The notes under the pieces were generated by a model. The model searched no databases. It saw only the letters and a program-made list of their open reading frames with translations, and was not told the DNA's origin. 64,000 nucleotides of DNA from Octopus vulgaris (lineage: Eukaryota), in contig OX597815.1 in NCBI GenBank assembly GCA_951406725.2, positions 183,024,001 through 183,088,000 of the forward strand. The letters run 5' to 3'. Position 1 is the first letter of the stretch. Every line of letters starts with the position of its first letter. Below, piece after piece: positions 13,479-31,393 of the stretch. The position numbers and the translations under genes were made by a program.

Positions 13479-14086
13479 TCCCCAGGCCAGCCATCATTAA
13501 GCAGATATGTGCTCTTCCAGTCGAAATCATCCCGTTTATATTTCTGTTGCTGACATATTCCAGAGCAACATCATCAAATATGTCCTTCCCTTTTTTTTTT
13601 AACTTTATGGTATGGTATGTGATTTATAAAAGATATCTAGCTGCTCTTTCTAGCAGGTAGAACTCTCCCATAAGGCTCCACGTAACATCATCAGTGTTAT
13701 TGTCATTTGTGCTGATTAACTCTCGATCAGCCTTAATGCAGCAGGGTTATGATTAAACCATTGGAGATAAAACCGTCTAATCTTATTTTCTGACAATATA
13801 TTCAGAACTACATTGTTCAATATATTCTTATTTTCTGAAGATGTTATGGTACGCTTAGAAGGAAACTTGACTTTTATTCCCTACAAACCGAGTGAATACT
13901 TGAATACTCCTCAATGGTGTATTAGTAACAATATTGACTGAATTAATTACGGCTACTTACACCCACATACATACATTCATATATGCATACATACACACAC
14001 ACACATACATACATACATACATACATACATACATACATACATACATACATACAAACACACAAACACACACACACACATACATACAT

Positions 14087-14622
14087 AAGGATCTTGGATA
14101 GATAAGAGAAACTGTCCACAGTTGTGGTAATTAGCTGCCCAGCGGATGTTAACATAAAGCTTAAGATCAGTGAAAAAGAGAACACCTATGCTGAACTATT
14201 GAGAAATCTGCAGTTACTCTATCTAGATTACGAGTTCAGGTTTATACCTGTCATTATTAGGGCCCTGGGATATGTAACACACTGTCTAAATACCAATCTT
14301 GAGAAATTAGGCTTCTCAAAACCAGAAAGGGGAAAGCTAATTCGAAGACTACAGATCCAATCCATCACTGGAACTGTAAAAGTCTGTAAAACTTTCCAGA
14401 AGTTTATCATTTTAATATATATGAGCCTGTCTAGATATGTAACTATATGCATGGGAATACATACACAAAACATATAAATCTGCACATACATGCATACATA
14501 CAAACAAACAAACAAAAATACCCTGTTGTTGATGTTGAAATTCCAATGAAGGAGCCTTGGATCTAGGTTAGAAACCGGTTCTTTCTCTATTGGCTAGAAA
14601 TCTTTAAATAAACTGAATAATG
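14087..14622 (+). mobile_element. 5'-truncated R4/Dong-like non-LTR retrotransposon (restriction-like endonuclease C-terminus)
   Basis: VVISCPADVNIKLKISEKENTYAELLRNLQLLY..FRFIPVIIRALG matches the RLE tail pattern (EK..KY..L...PVVIGALG). Flanked on both sides by (CATA)n. Confidence 0.75.
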
Positions 14623-15690
14623 ACACATATATACATACATAATACATACATACATACATACATACATACATACATACATACATACATACATACATACATA
14701 CATACGCACATACATAAATGCATGTTTACATACATGCGCACACAAACCGAACTAATGGAACAGTCCCTACGAATGAGAAAGACCTGCAGGGATCAGCAGC
14801 TAAATCTTCCTCAAATCTTCTTTTAATGTGTAAAAAGGAGAAAGACTGTATAATGTGGTTCTAGGTGCGCTGTCAGGATGGCCACAACTGGAATGTCTTT
14901 GATTATAAAGTCTGCTCAATGAAGGATGGCCTAAGGACAATCATCAACAACAGCCAGTACATACGTATGTACAGACAGACCACTTGACACAGGGTTTTCG
15001 TGCATTAACCCCTAAACCTGACAAATGAGCAAAAGTGAAAATCAAAAGTGTAGGAAGATTTTAGCTTGATGGATATTGATAGGAACTGGTGGACTTGGCA
15101 AAATCATTAGAGCATGAAACAAAATCCATTGTGGTATTTGTTCCGGCTCTGTCTGTTCTGCGTTCTAATCCCGCCAACGTTAACTCTTTGCTTTTTATCC
15201 TTTCGGGGTTCGCATGTAACTTCCAGTCTAGAGAGGTGGGTAGATAGAACTATTTTATATTAAGGGTTTCCTGAAATTTGAAAAAGTATAAAATATTAGT
15301 TGAATAAACGCAGAAAACTACGCGCGTTATCTTTTCACCGTTTTCCTGATGGAAGCAGAATATCAACTTGCTTCCCTTTTCCTATATAAGTGTCACATAA
15401 CAACGTAAGATTATATATAGGTATTGCGAACTGACAGAAACATAATCTAAGCGTATAAATATTTATTAGCATCTAACACTATTCATTATCAGCTCTTACT
15501 AGATAAAAATTGCTTTTGTGTCATTTGTATCGCAAAAATGTTGAAATATTTCACGGAAAGGGATGCAACAGCTCGTGTTGCTTCCCTTCCACAGATTTTG
15601 TGTGTATGTGCCGTCTGCCACTGCTTGTTTCATGCTAATTCCTTCAATAAAAATCTGAAGCTTATGATGCCATGTAGTTAATATTAATTT

Positions 15691-15790
15691 NNNNNNNNNN
15701 NNNNNNNNNNNNNNNNNNNNNNNNNNNNNNNNNNNNNNNNNNNNNNNNNNNNNNNNNNNNNNNNNNNNNNNNNNNNNNNNNNNNNNNNNN
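15691..15790. other. Assembly gap (100 N)
   Basis: Run of N. Confidence 1.
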
Positions 15791-16475
15791 TAAAATAAAT
15801 ATAAAAGAGTGTTCACTATATTGATCACTCTAGCACCAGTTAATCCAAGAGGTTTCAACCACGAAAAATACATGTTTCCCATGAAAGCCGGTACGACTGT
15901 TAGCTCACACGGACAGGGCAACAAAAAATAACAAAAATACAGATTATTTTGGGACAATTGTTTCGCTATTAATGAATTAAATGTAATATTACTTACAGTA
16001 ATCCATTTGTAGCTTCAGCCAAGACTATCTGGATGAAATCCACTCAATCACACGCCAGATTTTACCATAACGATAAATACGCGTGCGGTTCAATTGATTA
16101 CATCGGACGTTATAATTCAAATGCCCCAACCAACAGCGCGCCAAACTCTCACGGAAAACAAATACAGCATTTAGAAATAAATGCAGCATAATTATAATTA
16201 ATTAATAAGGGTGAGAGAATTAGATACTAATTTAATAGTATATTTATTCCACACCAAGTGGCCTAGTGCTACGAGAATTACCTGGATTATTATAATATTT
16301 TATAACATATTATAATATTTTCACAAAATAAATATAAGAGAGTGTTCACTATATTGATCACTCTAGCACCAGTTAATCCAAGAGGTTTCAACCACGAAAA
16401 ATACATGTTTCCCATGAAAGCCGGTACGACTGTTAGCTCACACGGACAGGGCAAATAAAAAATAACAAAAATACA

Positions 16476-16565
16476 GATTATTTTGGGACAATTGTTTCGC
16501 TATTAATGAATTAAATGTAATATTACTTACAGTAATCCATTTGTAGCTCTTCAGCCAAGACTATC
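16476..16565 (-). ncRNA. Type I hammerhead ribozyme (array unit 2, intact)
   Basis: Exact reverse complement of the motif at 17648-17737. Confidence 0.85.
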
Positions 16566-17647
16566 TGGATGAAATCCACTCAATCACACGCCAGATTTTA
16601 CCATAACGATAAATACGCGTGCGGTTCAATTGATTACATCGGACGTTATAATTCAAATGCCCCAACCAACAGCGCGCCAAACTCTCACGGAAAACAAATA
16701 CAGCATTTAGAAATAAATGCAGCATAATTATAATTAATTAATAAGGGTGAGAGAATTAGATACTAATTTAATAGTATATTTATTCCACACCAAGTGGCCT
16801 AGTGCTACGAGAAACCTGGATTATTATAATATTTTATAACATATTATAATATTTTCACAAAATAAATATAAGAGAGTGTTCACTATATTGATCACTCTAG
16901 CACCAGTTAATCCAAGAGGTTTCAACCACGAAAAATACATGTTTCCCATGAAAGCTGGCAATGACTGTTAGCTTCACACGGACAGGGCAAATAAAAAATA
17001 ACAAAAATACAGATTATTTTGGGACAATTGTTTCGCTATTAATGAATTAAATGTAATATTACTTACAGTAATCCATTTGTAGCTCTTTCAGCCAAGACTA
17101 TCTGGATGAAATCCACCAATCACACGCTAGATTTTACCATAACGATAGATTACGCGTGTGGTTCAATTGATTACATCGGACGTTATAATTCAAATGCCCC
17201 AACCAACAGCGCGCCAAACTCTCACGGAAAACAAAATACAGTATTTAGAAATAAATGCAGCATAATTACACTTAATTAATAAGGGTGAGAGAATTAGATA
17301 CTAATTTAATAGTATATTTATTCCACACCATAGTGGCCTAGTGCTATGAGAAACCTGGATTATTATAATATTTTATAACATATTATAATATTTTCACAAA
17401 ATAAATATAAGAGAGTGTTCACTATATTGATCACTCTAGCACCAGTTAATCCAAGAGGTTTCAACCACGAAAATACATGTTTCCCATGAAAGCCGGTACG
17501 ACTGTTACTCACATGGACAGGGCAAATAAAAAATAACAAAAATACAGATTATCTTGGGACAATTGTTTCGCTATTAATGAATTAAATGTAATATTACTTA
17601 CAGTAATCCATTTGTAGCTCTTCAGCGTGTGATTGAGTGGATTTCCA

Positions 17648-17737
17648 GATAGTCTTGGCTGAAGAGCTACAAATGGATTACTGTAAGTAATATTACATTT
17701 AATTCATTAATAGCGAAACAATTGTCCCAAAATAATC
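17648..17737 (+). ncRNA. Type I hammerhead ribozyme (array, first inverted unit)
   Basis: GATAGTCTTGG-CTGAAGA(17659-17665)-GCTA..AATGGATTA..TGTAA/TTACA..TAATTCATT..TAGC-GAAA-CAATTG-TC^(17726)-CCAAAATAATC. The canonical core is complete and helices I, II and III can all pair. Confidence 0.9.
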
Positions 17738-18179
17738 TGTATTTTTGTTATTTTTTATTTGCCCTGTCCGTGTGAGCTAACAGTCGTACCGGCTTTCATG
17801 GGAAACATGTATTTTTCGTGGTTGAAACCTCTTGATTAACTGGTGCTAGAGTGATCAATATAGTGAACACTCTCTTATATTTATTTTGTGAAAATATTAT
17901 AATATGTTATAAAATATTATAATAATCCAGGTTTCTCGTAGCACTAGGCCACTTGGTGTGGAATAAATATACTATTAAATTAGTATCTAATTCTCTCACC
18001 CTTATTAATTAATTATATTATGCTGCATTTATTTCTAAATGCTGTATTTGTTTTCCGTGAGAGTTTGGCGCGCTGTTGGTTGGGGCATTTGAATTATAAC
18101 GTCCGATGTAATCAATTGAACCGCACGCGTATTTATCGTTATGGTAAAATCTGGCGTGTGATTGAGTGGATTTCATCCA

Positions 18180-18269
18180 GATAGTCTTGGCTGAAGAGCT
18201 ACAAATGGATTACTGTAAGTAATATTACATTTAATTCATTAATAGCGAAACAATTGTCCCAAAATAATC
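18180..18269 (+). ncRNA. Type I hammerhead ribozyme (array, second inverted unit)
   Basis: Identical motif: CTGAAGA at 18191-18197, GTC^ at 18258, 532 nt from the previous cleavage site. Confidence 0.9.
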
Positions 18270-18541
18270 TGTATTTTTGTTATTTTTTATTTGCCCTGTC
18301 CGTGTGAGCTAACAGTCGTACCGGCTTTCATGGGAAACATGTATTTTTCGTGGTTGAAACCTCTTGGATTAACTGGTGCTAGAGTGATCAATATAGTGAA
18401 CACTCTCTTATATTTATTTTGTGAAAATATTATAATATGTTATAAAATATTATAATAATCCAGGTTTCTCGTAGCACTAGGCCACTTGGTGTGGAATAAA
18501 TATACTATTAAATTAGTATCTAATTCTCTCACCCTTATTAA

Positions 18542-22929
<4,388 letters not shown>

Positions 22930-23068
22930 CCTTCGCTTCAGGAGTCTCTTAGCGCGCCGGAACCAAGACATTTGAAATTTTATTCCCGATGTAATCAGTA
23001 AGACTAAGCACGTGTCTGTCTTGACACAGAGGGCTGGGGATAGTCTTCCGGTTTGCATCTCGAGGACC

Positions 23069-23145
23069 GAATGTACTGAAGAAGTCACGGACACTTGAAT
23101 TATGCAAGTAATTCTTTGTTAAGACCGAAACCGAGGTATGCATTT
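23069..23145 (+). ncRNA. Type I hammerhead ribozyme (helix II closing-pair mismatch)
   Basis: GAATGTA-CTGAAGA(23076-23082)-AGTC..ACTTG/CAAGT..GACC-GAAA-CC GA GG-TA^(23138)-TGCATTT. Helix I is 7 bp including G-U pairs. A-C at 10.1-11.1. Confidence 0.7.
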
Positions 23146-23409
23146 AAGTCTGTTTTTTATTTAATTTTTCATATGTCCTGCCCGCCAAATTTGGTTCTGG
23201 TGTTCGCTGAATTCTTCCTCTAGAGAATTTCCTTGTAGTTTGATCGTTTATGATCTATTTCTAGAATTCTGGCCGGCTACCTAGCAGGCCAGCCCTGCCA
23301 ATATACACATATATTTGAATTTTCTCTGACTCCTCAGATTTTTTTGAATGCTGGACTACTGGTTTTAAATTGATGTTAAAATTAATATTAATTTATCTCC
23401 CTCAATTTT

Positions 23410-23451
23410 TATATACATACATATATATATACATACATATATATATATACA

Positions 23452-23482
<31 letters not shown>

Positions 23483-23561
23483 ATATACATACATATATAT
23501 ATATATACACATATATATATATACATATATATATACATACATATATATATACATACATATA

Positions 23562-23653
<92 letters not shown>

Positions 23654-24056
23654 CATATATATATACATATATATATACATATATATATACATATATATAT
23701 ACATATATATACATATATATACACATATATATACATATATATATATACATATATATATATATATTATTCCAAATTAATTAATTTCACCCTATATTGTTAT
23801 TGTTGCATATATATATACATATATATACATATATATACATATATATACATATATATATACATATATATACATATATATATATATACACACATATATATAC
23901 ATATATACACATACATATATATACTTATATATATATATGTATATATACATATATATACATACATACATATATACATACATACATACATATATATACATAC
24001 ATACATACATATATATATACATACATACATATATATATACATACATACATATATAT

Positions 24057-24089
<33 letters not shown>

Positions 24090-24638
24090 CATATATATAT
24101 ACATACATACATATATATATATACATACATACATATATATATATACATACATACATATATATATACATACATACATATATATATACATACATACATATAT
24201 ATATATACATACATACATATATATACATACATACATATATATATATACATACATACATATATATACATACATACATATATATACATACATACATATATAT
24301 ATATACATACATACATACATATATATATACATATATACATACATACATATATATACATACATACATATATATATATACATACATACATATATATATATAT
24401 ACATACATACATATATATATATATACATACATACATATATATATATATACATACATACATATATATATATACATACATACATATATATATATACATACAT
24501 ACATATATATATATACATACATACATATATATATATACATACATACATATATATATATACATACATACATATATATATATACATATATATATATACATAC
24601 ATACATATATATATATACATACATACATACATATATAT

Positions 24639-24671
<33 letters not shown>

Positions 24672-24712
24672 CATACATATATATATATACTTATATATAT
24701 ATATATATATAT
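23410..24712. repeat. Compound (TA)n/(CATA)n/(CA)n micro- and minisatellite
   Basis: Direct observation. Confidence 0.98.
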
Positions 24713-25231
24713 AAAGTTCAAGTTCATTAATAACAGATTTAAGTATAAAAACATTTCTAAATTTGGCAAGCGATGTTCAGAATTATTCTAAGCAATAATT
24801 TGAAAGCACGAAGATTACATATTCTGCAGACCCACTGACGTGATACGAGAGCAACGTGTATCGCCAGACTACATGCTGAGCGTTTGTCTTCTCTTTATCT
24901 GCACTATTCAATCTTTACAAACACGCTGGCTCCTTTCCAAATAATTTTGTCAGCTACTTAGGCGTTCTGTAAAATACGTAGCGTTTAGTTTATCGAGATA
25001 TCACGTCTGAATAAAGTTTTATTGATTACGGATAACAACAAGAGGATTTTATAAATTTACTGACAAGATTTTAGTATAAATTACATGAAACAATATAGGT
25101 ATTGATTGCTTTGGAAATTGATACTAAATTAAAGGTTGCGATACTTTTAATACATGTAAACATACATATATGCACACGCGAGTAAATACATGCATATACA
25201 GGCGCACAGAAACGAGGCAATAGGAAAGTCT

Positions 25232-25317
<86 letters not shown>

Positions 25318-26057
25318 GTAAACGAAGCCGAACGCACATACACAAGATGTGTGTTTTTAGTTGGTCGGGCGGCTAAATATAATCTCAATGCCCTTGGTGT
25401 AAAAAGACCCGAAAGCAGACCCTAGCCAACTGAGTTCGACTTTGTTTATACACCACGAGCTGATTTTTAATTCATATTTGAATTTTTTTCTGTGGATTGA
25501 CATGTTGGAACGTACCAGCAGATAGTTGTTAAACTATTTAGCATATAGTCATACCCAGTTAGACAGCCCACAGCAGACCCCTTACTCGATATGCGGCACT
25601 GACAAGTCAAAACAATCATGAAACATTGATGTCTGTCGCTCTGTAAAAAGAGATTTGGTGTGATATCAAACCAGTGCGTGTGTTGTTATTATTATTGGCG
25701 TACTGATCCCACCCGCAAGACACAAGATTTGTTTCAACATGTGAATTCACACAACATGTGAATTCACAACATATCAATATATAATGAAAACGAAAGAGGG
25801 TGCGGTCCACATTCTTTACGTCCACCCAGTTCTGTATATCGATGAGTTTTCATAGTTTCTTCTTGGATTTTTCAGGTCGAGGATTCTCGAAAATTTTCCC
25901 GATAACCTTGATCAGACACTGCCATAGGGGCAAACGCATTGCCTTCTGCAGCTATGGTCGTATTAAAGCTGCTAGTAAATGAACTAATCTGAAATGTGTG
26001 AAGACTGGTGTCCTGAAAGTTTTTACCCAAAGGTAGCAGTGGCGGATCGGGGCTTAT

Positions 26058-27684
26058 TTCTGACACCTGTTCATGATAAACTTTCGCAGTAGATATTATT
26101 GGTGTATTTGTAACCGAAAAGAATGAAGCTAAGGATAATGTACTAAGGTGGTTTGAAATCCCGTCATATCAACATCAAGAATTTCGTCGAACATTAGCTA
26201 ACTTAAATACTTGAACTTATATAAACAATCAAGTTCATGTATGTAAAGAAATCGACATCTAAATTTCTGCTATATATAACCTAAACTGTTTCATTTTCTA
26301 CCATAAAAGTGCAATCCTGGTGTTCCAGAGTAGCAAAGAAAGTTACAATAGAATTGTGCGGCTCTAATACGGCTGCTGGAATATGTGGCACCGGATAAAC
26401 TAAAAATTTAAACTTAGTCTTTTTGCTTATAGTCAAAATTCTTCCATTCTATTAAAACGAATGTGAAGCCAGTAACAGTACCCCCACCGAAACAGCGGGG
26501 CGGGATGGAAATCAAGAAACCTTAGAGGCCGCAACATTGCTCCCACAATTTATGGACCCGATCACCCACCAAACCATTGATTTCCTTCGCAATAATGTAG
26601 TGACTCCTGCGTCTTTCATACCTATTTCTTTACTACCCACAAGGGGCTAAACACAGAGAGGACAAACAAGAACGGACACACGGATTAAGTCGATTACATC
26701 GACTCCAGTGCGTAACTGGTACTTATTTAATCGATCCTGAAAGGATGAAAGGCAAAGTCGATCTCGGCGGAATTTGAACTCTGAACGTAACGGCAGACGA
26801 AATACTGCTAAGCATTTCGCCCAGCGTGCTAACGATTCTGCCAGCTCGCCGCCATTGCGTCTTTCATACCCGTGACGAGTTCGTCCGGGTGGAATAGTTC
26901 ACAGCTTTTGTCTGTATGCACTTCATCTGGAAAAATTAGTTATTGGAAAATAATTATATCAAACCGGCATTATCAACATAATTTTGAAAGATTTTCCTCA
27001 GAAGATCATAAAATGTGGAGATAATTAAATATTTTAAAGTATCGTTTGTTTTCTTTTTGTTCATTCTCTCTTTCAGTTGTTCAACCGAGAGAGAAGTATC
27101 ACTTTTCTGTGACAAAATTATTCCAATGATCCTTTGAACGTCGTGGATTTAATCCCAAAAGCAAGTTTCTAAACACTGCTTACGTTCAAACAACAGATTT
27201 ACAACAACAGAATTTTGCGAATCTGCTCGTAGTTAACTCGGAGTCAAGGCAATAGTTTCACTGCTTTTGGCAGCTTCGGCTTACAACAGTTTCATATATT
27301 TACAAAGATAAATATCCAATACTTCCAGGTGACCTAACAATAAAGGAATTATTTCTTTATCTTGCAAGAAGTCTCTGCTGAATTCTGTACCAACAGAAAG
27401 ATTTCGAAAGGCGAGGAAAACAATAAATTCATTTTTAATAGTCTGCTTAGTATATTCATGCAAAAAGGTGTGCAACTTCTCAGTAACAGGTGGTTCTAAC
27501 AGCTCTGTCTCTTGAGACGCCTTTCCCAGAGTTTAAAGAAAATGCTGGACGAATCGATATTACCAATAGACACTTTCGGTAAGTGGTCATTTGGTTGGAT
27601 ATCGTATTCCAAACAATATAGTCCCCTGCAGACATTACCAACGTGAACTGCAGCTTGTCCATCATGGATGCTAATATATTTTCT
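26058..27684 (-). pseudogene. Alpha-tubulin pseudogene, unprocessed and C-terminally truncated
   Basis: ag|RKYISIHDGQAAVHVGNVCRGLYCLEYDIQP; ag|DEVHTDKSCELFHPDELVTGMKDA; FGGGTVTGF; AVLEPHNSIVTFFATLEHQDCTFMVENE; PIISTAKVYHEQVSEI. Contains stops, frameshifts and a SINE insertion. Confidence 0.9.
26623..26853 (-). mobile_element. SINE family A, full length, with 15-bp TSD
   Basis: TSD TGCGTCTTTCATACC at 26608-26622 and 26856-26870. Confidence 0.95.
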
Positions 27685-27726
27685 CTGAAAATAATGTAAT
27701 AGATTTGTCTTATTAAATGCTAAATT

Positions 27727-28106
27727 GTGGCACTCCATCGTTACGACGACGAGGGTTCCAGTTGATCCGATCAACGGAACAGCTTGCTCATGAAATTAAC
27801 GTGCAAGTGGCTGAGCACTTCACAGACATGTGTACCCTTAACGTAGTTCTCAGGAGATTCAGCGTGACGCAGAGTGTGACAAGGCTAGCCTTTTGAAATA
27901 CAGGTACAGCAGAAACAGGGAGAAAGAGAGAGAGAAAGTTGTGATGAAAGAGTACAGCAGGGTTCGCCACCACCCACTGCTGGAGCCTCGTGGAGCTTTA
28001 GGTGTTTTCACTCAGTAAACACTCACAATGCCCAGTCTGGAAATCGAAACCACGATTCTACGTCCACGAGTCCGCTATCCTAATCACTGGGCCATTGCGC
28101 CTCCAC
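27727..28106 (-). mobile_element. SINE family C (tRNA-derived), full length
   Basis: Minus strand starts GTGGAGGCGCAATGGCCCAGTG (A box) with a GGTTTCGATT B box. Homologous to 53063-53405. Confidence 0.85.
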
Positions 28107-28305
28107 ACACTTTATATAAATCACAAATGATTCAGCTGTTTAGGTAATCGTAAAACGTTTAATCGAATTGATTGATTTAAGTAATCATCAAAAATATTCA
28201 AATAAGGTATTTTTCAATACAATGTTGTATAAACAGAGGAGGGCGCTTTTAATGTCGGCCGAATTAGGGTATTGTTTGATACTCCTTTATCACTTAATAG
28301 AATAC

Positions 28306-28904
28306 CTATTTCTTTATTGCCCACAAGGGGCTAAACGCAGAGAGGACAAACAAGGACAGACAAGCGGATTAAGTCGATTATATCGACCCCAGTGTGTAAC
28401 TGGTACTTATTTAATCGACCCCGAAAGGATGAAAGCAAAGTTGACATCGGCGGAATTTGAACTCAGAACGTAGCGGCAGACGAAATACCTTATTTCTTTA
28501 CTACCCACAAGGGGCTAAACACAGAGAGGACAAACAAGGACAGACAAACGGATTAAGTCGATTATATCGACCCCAGTGTGTAACTGGTACTTATTTAATC
28601 GACCCCGAAAGGCTGAAAGGCAAAGTCGACCTCGGCGGAATTTGAACTCAGAACGTAGCGGCAGACGTAATACCTATTTCTTTACTACCCACAAGGGGCT
28701 AAACACAGAGAGGACAAACAAGGACAGACAAACGGATTAAGTCGATTATATCGACCCCAGTGTGTAACTGGTACTTATTTAATCGACCCCGAAAGGATGA
28801 AAGCAAAGTTGACCTCGGCGGAATTTGAACTCAGAACGTAACTGCAGACGAAATACGGCTACACATTTCGCCCGGCGTGCTAACGATTCTGCCAGCTCGC
28901 CGCC
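28306..28904 (-). mobile_element. SINE family A head-to-tail trimer within one TSD
   Basis: Three tails and one head. TSD CACTTAATAGAATAC at 28291-28305 and 28913-28927. Confidence 0.92.
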
Positions 28905-29249
28905 TTTTTTAACACTTAATAGAATACATGTGAGCGCAAGATTTAGAGTTGAAGCGTTCTTAGTGAACACTGTTTGAGCTTACGCCTAGGGTTGTAGCGT
29001 GAGCTCGGAGCAAAAGTCTTAAGTGCACAAGAATTTCAAAAGAAATAAACGAAGTGGCAGCAATAAAAAGAAGAAACAGCGCCTTCCCTCCGCAAAACGT
29101 GTCCTACCGCGAACGCTGGCAACCTGTTTTCCATCATTGACTCCAACTTTTAAGGCACCGTTTTAATCTTCGAACGCGGATCCGGTAAGATGCACAGCTC
29201 TTGTTGTTTAACCCTAGGTCAAAACGGATTGAGCAGACCTTTGATCAAT

Positions 29250-29790
29250 GGCATTTTCAGATTTTGGCAAAATCTACATTTTCAAAGTTGTGTACTGCCT
29301 TGAGAAACTATACTCCGAGTATCAAAACCAGAATCCGTGTTGAACTGTTATGACTACACTGTGTTAATGTATGGAAGTGAGGTATGGCCTATAACATCAC
29401 AAATATAAAGGTGTCTGGAAGGCGGTGAAATGTGGTTCTTAATGAAAATATTGAGGACAGCATGGACAAAGAGTCTAATGAAGAAGCAATGACCTGGGAT
29501 GCCATAAATAGGAAACTGCTTTGTGAGATAAGGGCCAAACAACTGAGATTTCTTCCTCATGTGATGAGGAAAGGGAGCCCTCAAGAATTTAGTGATGACC
29601 AAAGATTGAAGAGAAAAGAAGCAGAGGAAGGAGAAAGATGAAATGGATGTTAAGCTTAAAGAACTCAGTGGAAGAAAGAGGCATTAAACATCAGGAAGTG
29701 GAACTGTTACAGGAAACTAAGAATGGACAGTTTTGGTAGGACCTGTTCGACTATGTCCTACACAATGGATATGGCAGCTAACGAGAGACA
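29250..29790 (+). mobile_element. RTE-clade LINE 3' relic
   Basis: KTRIRVLNCY...VLMYGSEVWPIT...EGGEMWFLMKILRTAWT, the RTE C-terminal motif. Frameshifted. Confidence 0.75.
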
Positions 29791-30152
29791 GACACCATAA
29801 GCATTTCTAAATGGAGGGTAAATTGTTGCTGCATTCAAAACTTCATGCCGTATAAATCTAAGCAACTTTTTTGGAATAAAAAGGCAGCAAGAGGTACTAT
29901 ATATGCCCGATTAAACGTGGAAATTCTATTAACACCAGTTATACTGCAGTAGATACCATGAGAGGAACTCTGGTGTTGGCTTCTGTCATTTTGTGCCGCA
30001 TATGTAATCGTTTGGTCGGTCAATGGATAGAAAATGGCAAAAGGCTGGCTCGTATAATTAATTAACCAACAGCCGCGAAACGATCGAAAAACTCACTGCA
30101 GTGTTTGTTTTGATACTTTTTTCTTTGTCCAAGGGTTTCGAAACCCGTATTG

Positions 30153-30439
30153 GGTACTACTAGCAAACAGTGGTCCCGGTGCGCGCACTCGCGTATCCGC
30201 GCTAGCTACTCGTAAGTAGTCGATCACACAGCGACTTTTTAACCCTGACCCTAAACCTAACCTTAGTTTGTTTATAAAAATAATTTATTTACTTAGTTTA
30301 AAAAATTATTTACTTTGCGTTTTATTTACTTTGTTCGAAAAATGTAATTTAATTTTCTTTGATATGTATTCAGCCTTGAAATACAAACATACGCGCAAGT
30401 CGTTGTAAGATCGACTGCTTACGACTAGCTAGTAGTACC
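30153..30439. mobile_element. MITE, probably Merlin superfamily, copy 1
   Basis: TIR GGTACTACTAGC/GCTAGTAGTACC; 9-bp TSD CCCGTATTG; internal (TAACCC)-like repeats. Confidence 0.85.
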
Positions 30440-30590
30440 CCCGTATTGTACACTTTCTTTGTAGCTTTATCTACTCCGTGTTCCACAGTTTAAAATAATT
30501 TCATTTTTTCCGAAGTTTCTAAATTCTATTGTAAGCCCTACACTCATATCAGTTCTCCACAACCGGAATGGTGGTTGGGGTATTTGTACC

Positions 30591-30821
30591 TATTTCTTTA
30601 CTACCCACAAGGGGCTAAACATAGAGTGGACAAACAAGGACAGACAAACGGATTAAGTCGACTATATCGACCCCAGTGCGTAACTGGAACTTATTTAATC
30701 GACCCTGAAAGGATGAAAGGCAAAGTCAACCTCGGCGGAATTTGAACTCAGAACGTAACGGCAGACGAAATGCCGCTAAGCATTTTGCCCGGTGTGCTAA
30801 CGTTTCTGCCAGCTGGCCGCC
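30591..30821 (-). mobile_element. SINE family A, full length, with TSD
   Basis: TSD TTGGGGT(A/G)TTTGTACC at 30575-30590 and 30822-30837. Confidence 0.93.
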
Positions 30822-31103
30822 TTGGGGTGTTTGTACCATCAACGACAGTCCTGAACCCTAAACTGTGTGATTTTTAGGAGTAATCAGTTACTTTTGCTGT
30901 AATGCCTTATTTGGTTAACTAGCTGAATTCCACAACTGAATTCCACCAAACGGTTCGCGCATACTGACAAATTCCACGAGCCATTAAACGGAAATAAGAG
31001 ATAAGCGTTGATGAGTCATTGGTGGAAGAAAAAGAATAATGCAGTGATAAAATTCCAAGCAACCAAATTACATTGTCTTTTGAAGGAAGATAGCAGAAAA
31101 AAT

Positions 31104-31393
31104 GGTACTACTAGCGAATAGTGGTCCCGGTGCGCGCACTCGCGCATCCGCGCTAGCTAATCGTAAGTAGTCGATCCTACAACGACTTTTTAACCCTAAC
31201 CCTAACCTTTGTTTATAAAAATAATTTATTTACTTAGTTTTAAAAAGTATTTGCTTTAAATTTTATTTACTTTGTTCGAAAAATATTTAATTTTCTTTGA
31301 TATGTATTTAGCCTTGAAATACAAACATACGCGCAAGTCGTTGTAGGATCGACTATTTACGACTAGCTAGCGCGGATGTTCACTAGTAGTACC
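31104..31393. mobile_element. MITE, probably Merlin superfamily, copy 2
   Basis: TIR GGTACTACTAG/CTAGTAGTACC; 8-bp TSD GAAAAAAT; highly similar to 30153-30439. Confidence 0.85.

Noticed and set aside
14541-14593. Structured 3' UTR motif (ATGAAGGA..GAAACCGGTTC) resembling a hammerhead
   Set aside because: Lacks the CUGANGA core; more likely a retroelement 3' recognition structure
29830-31080. Faint tubulin-like peptide traces (also at 60-420 and 11050-11200)
   Set aside because: Matches of only 4-6 residues cannot be distinguished from chance without a profile search
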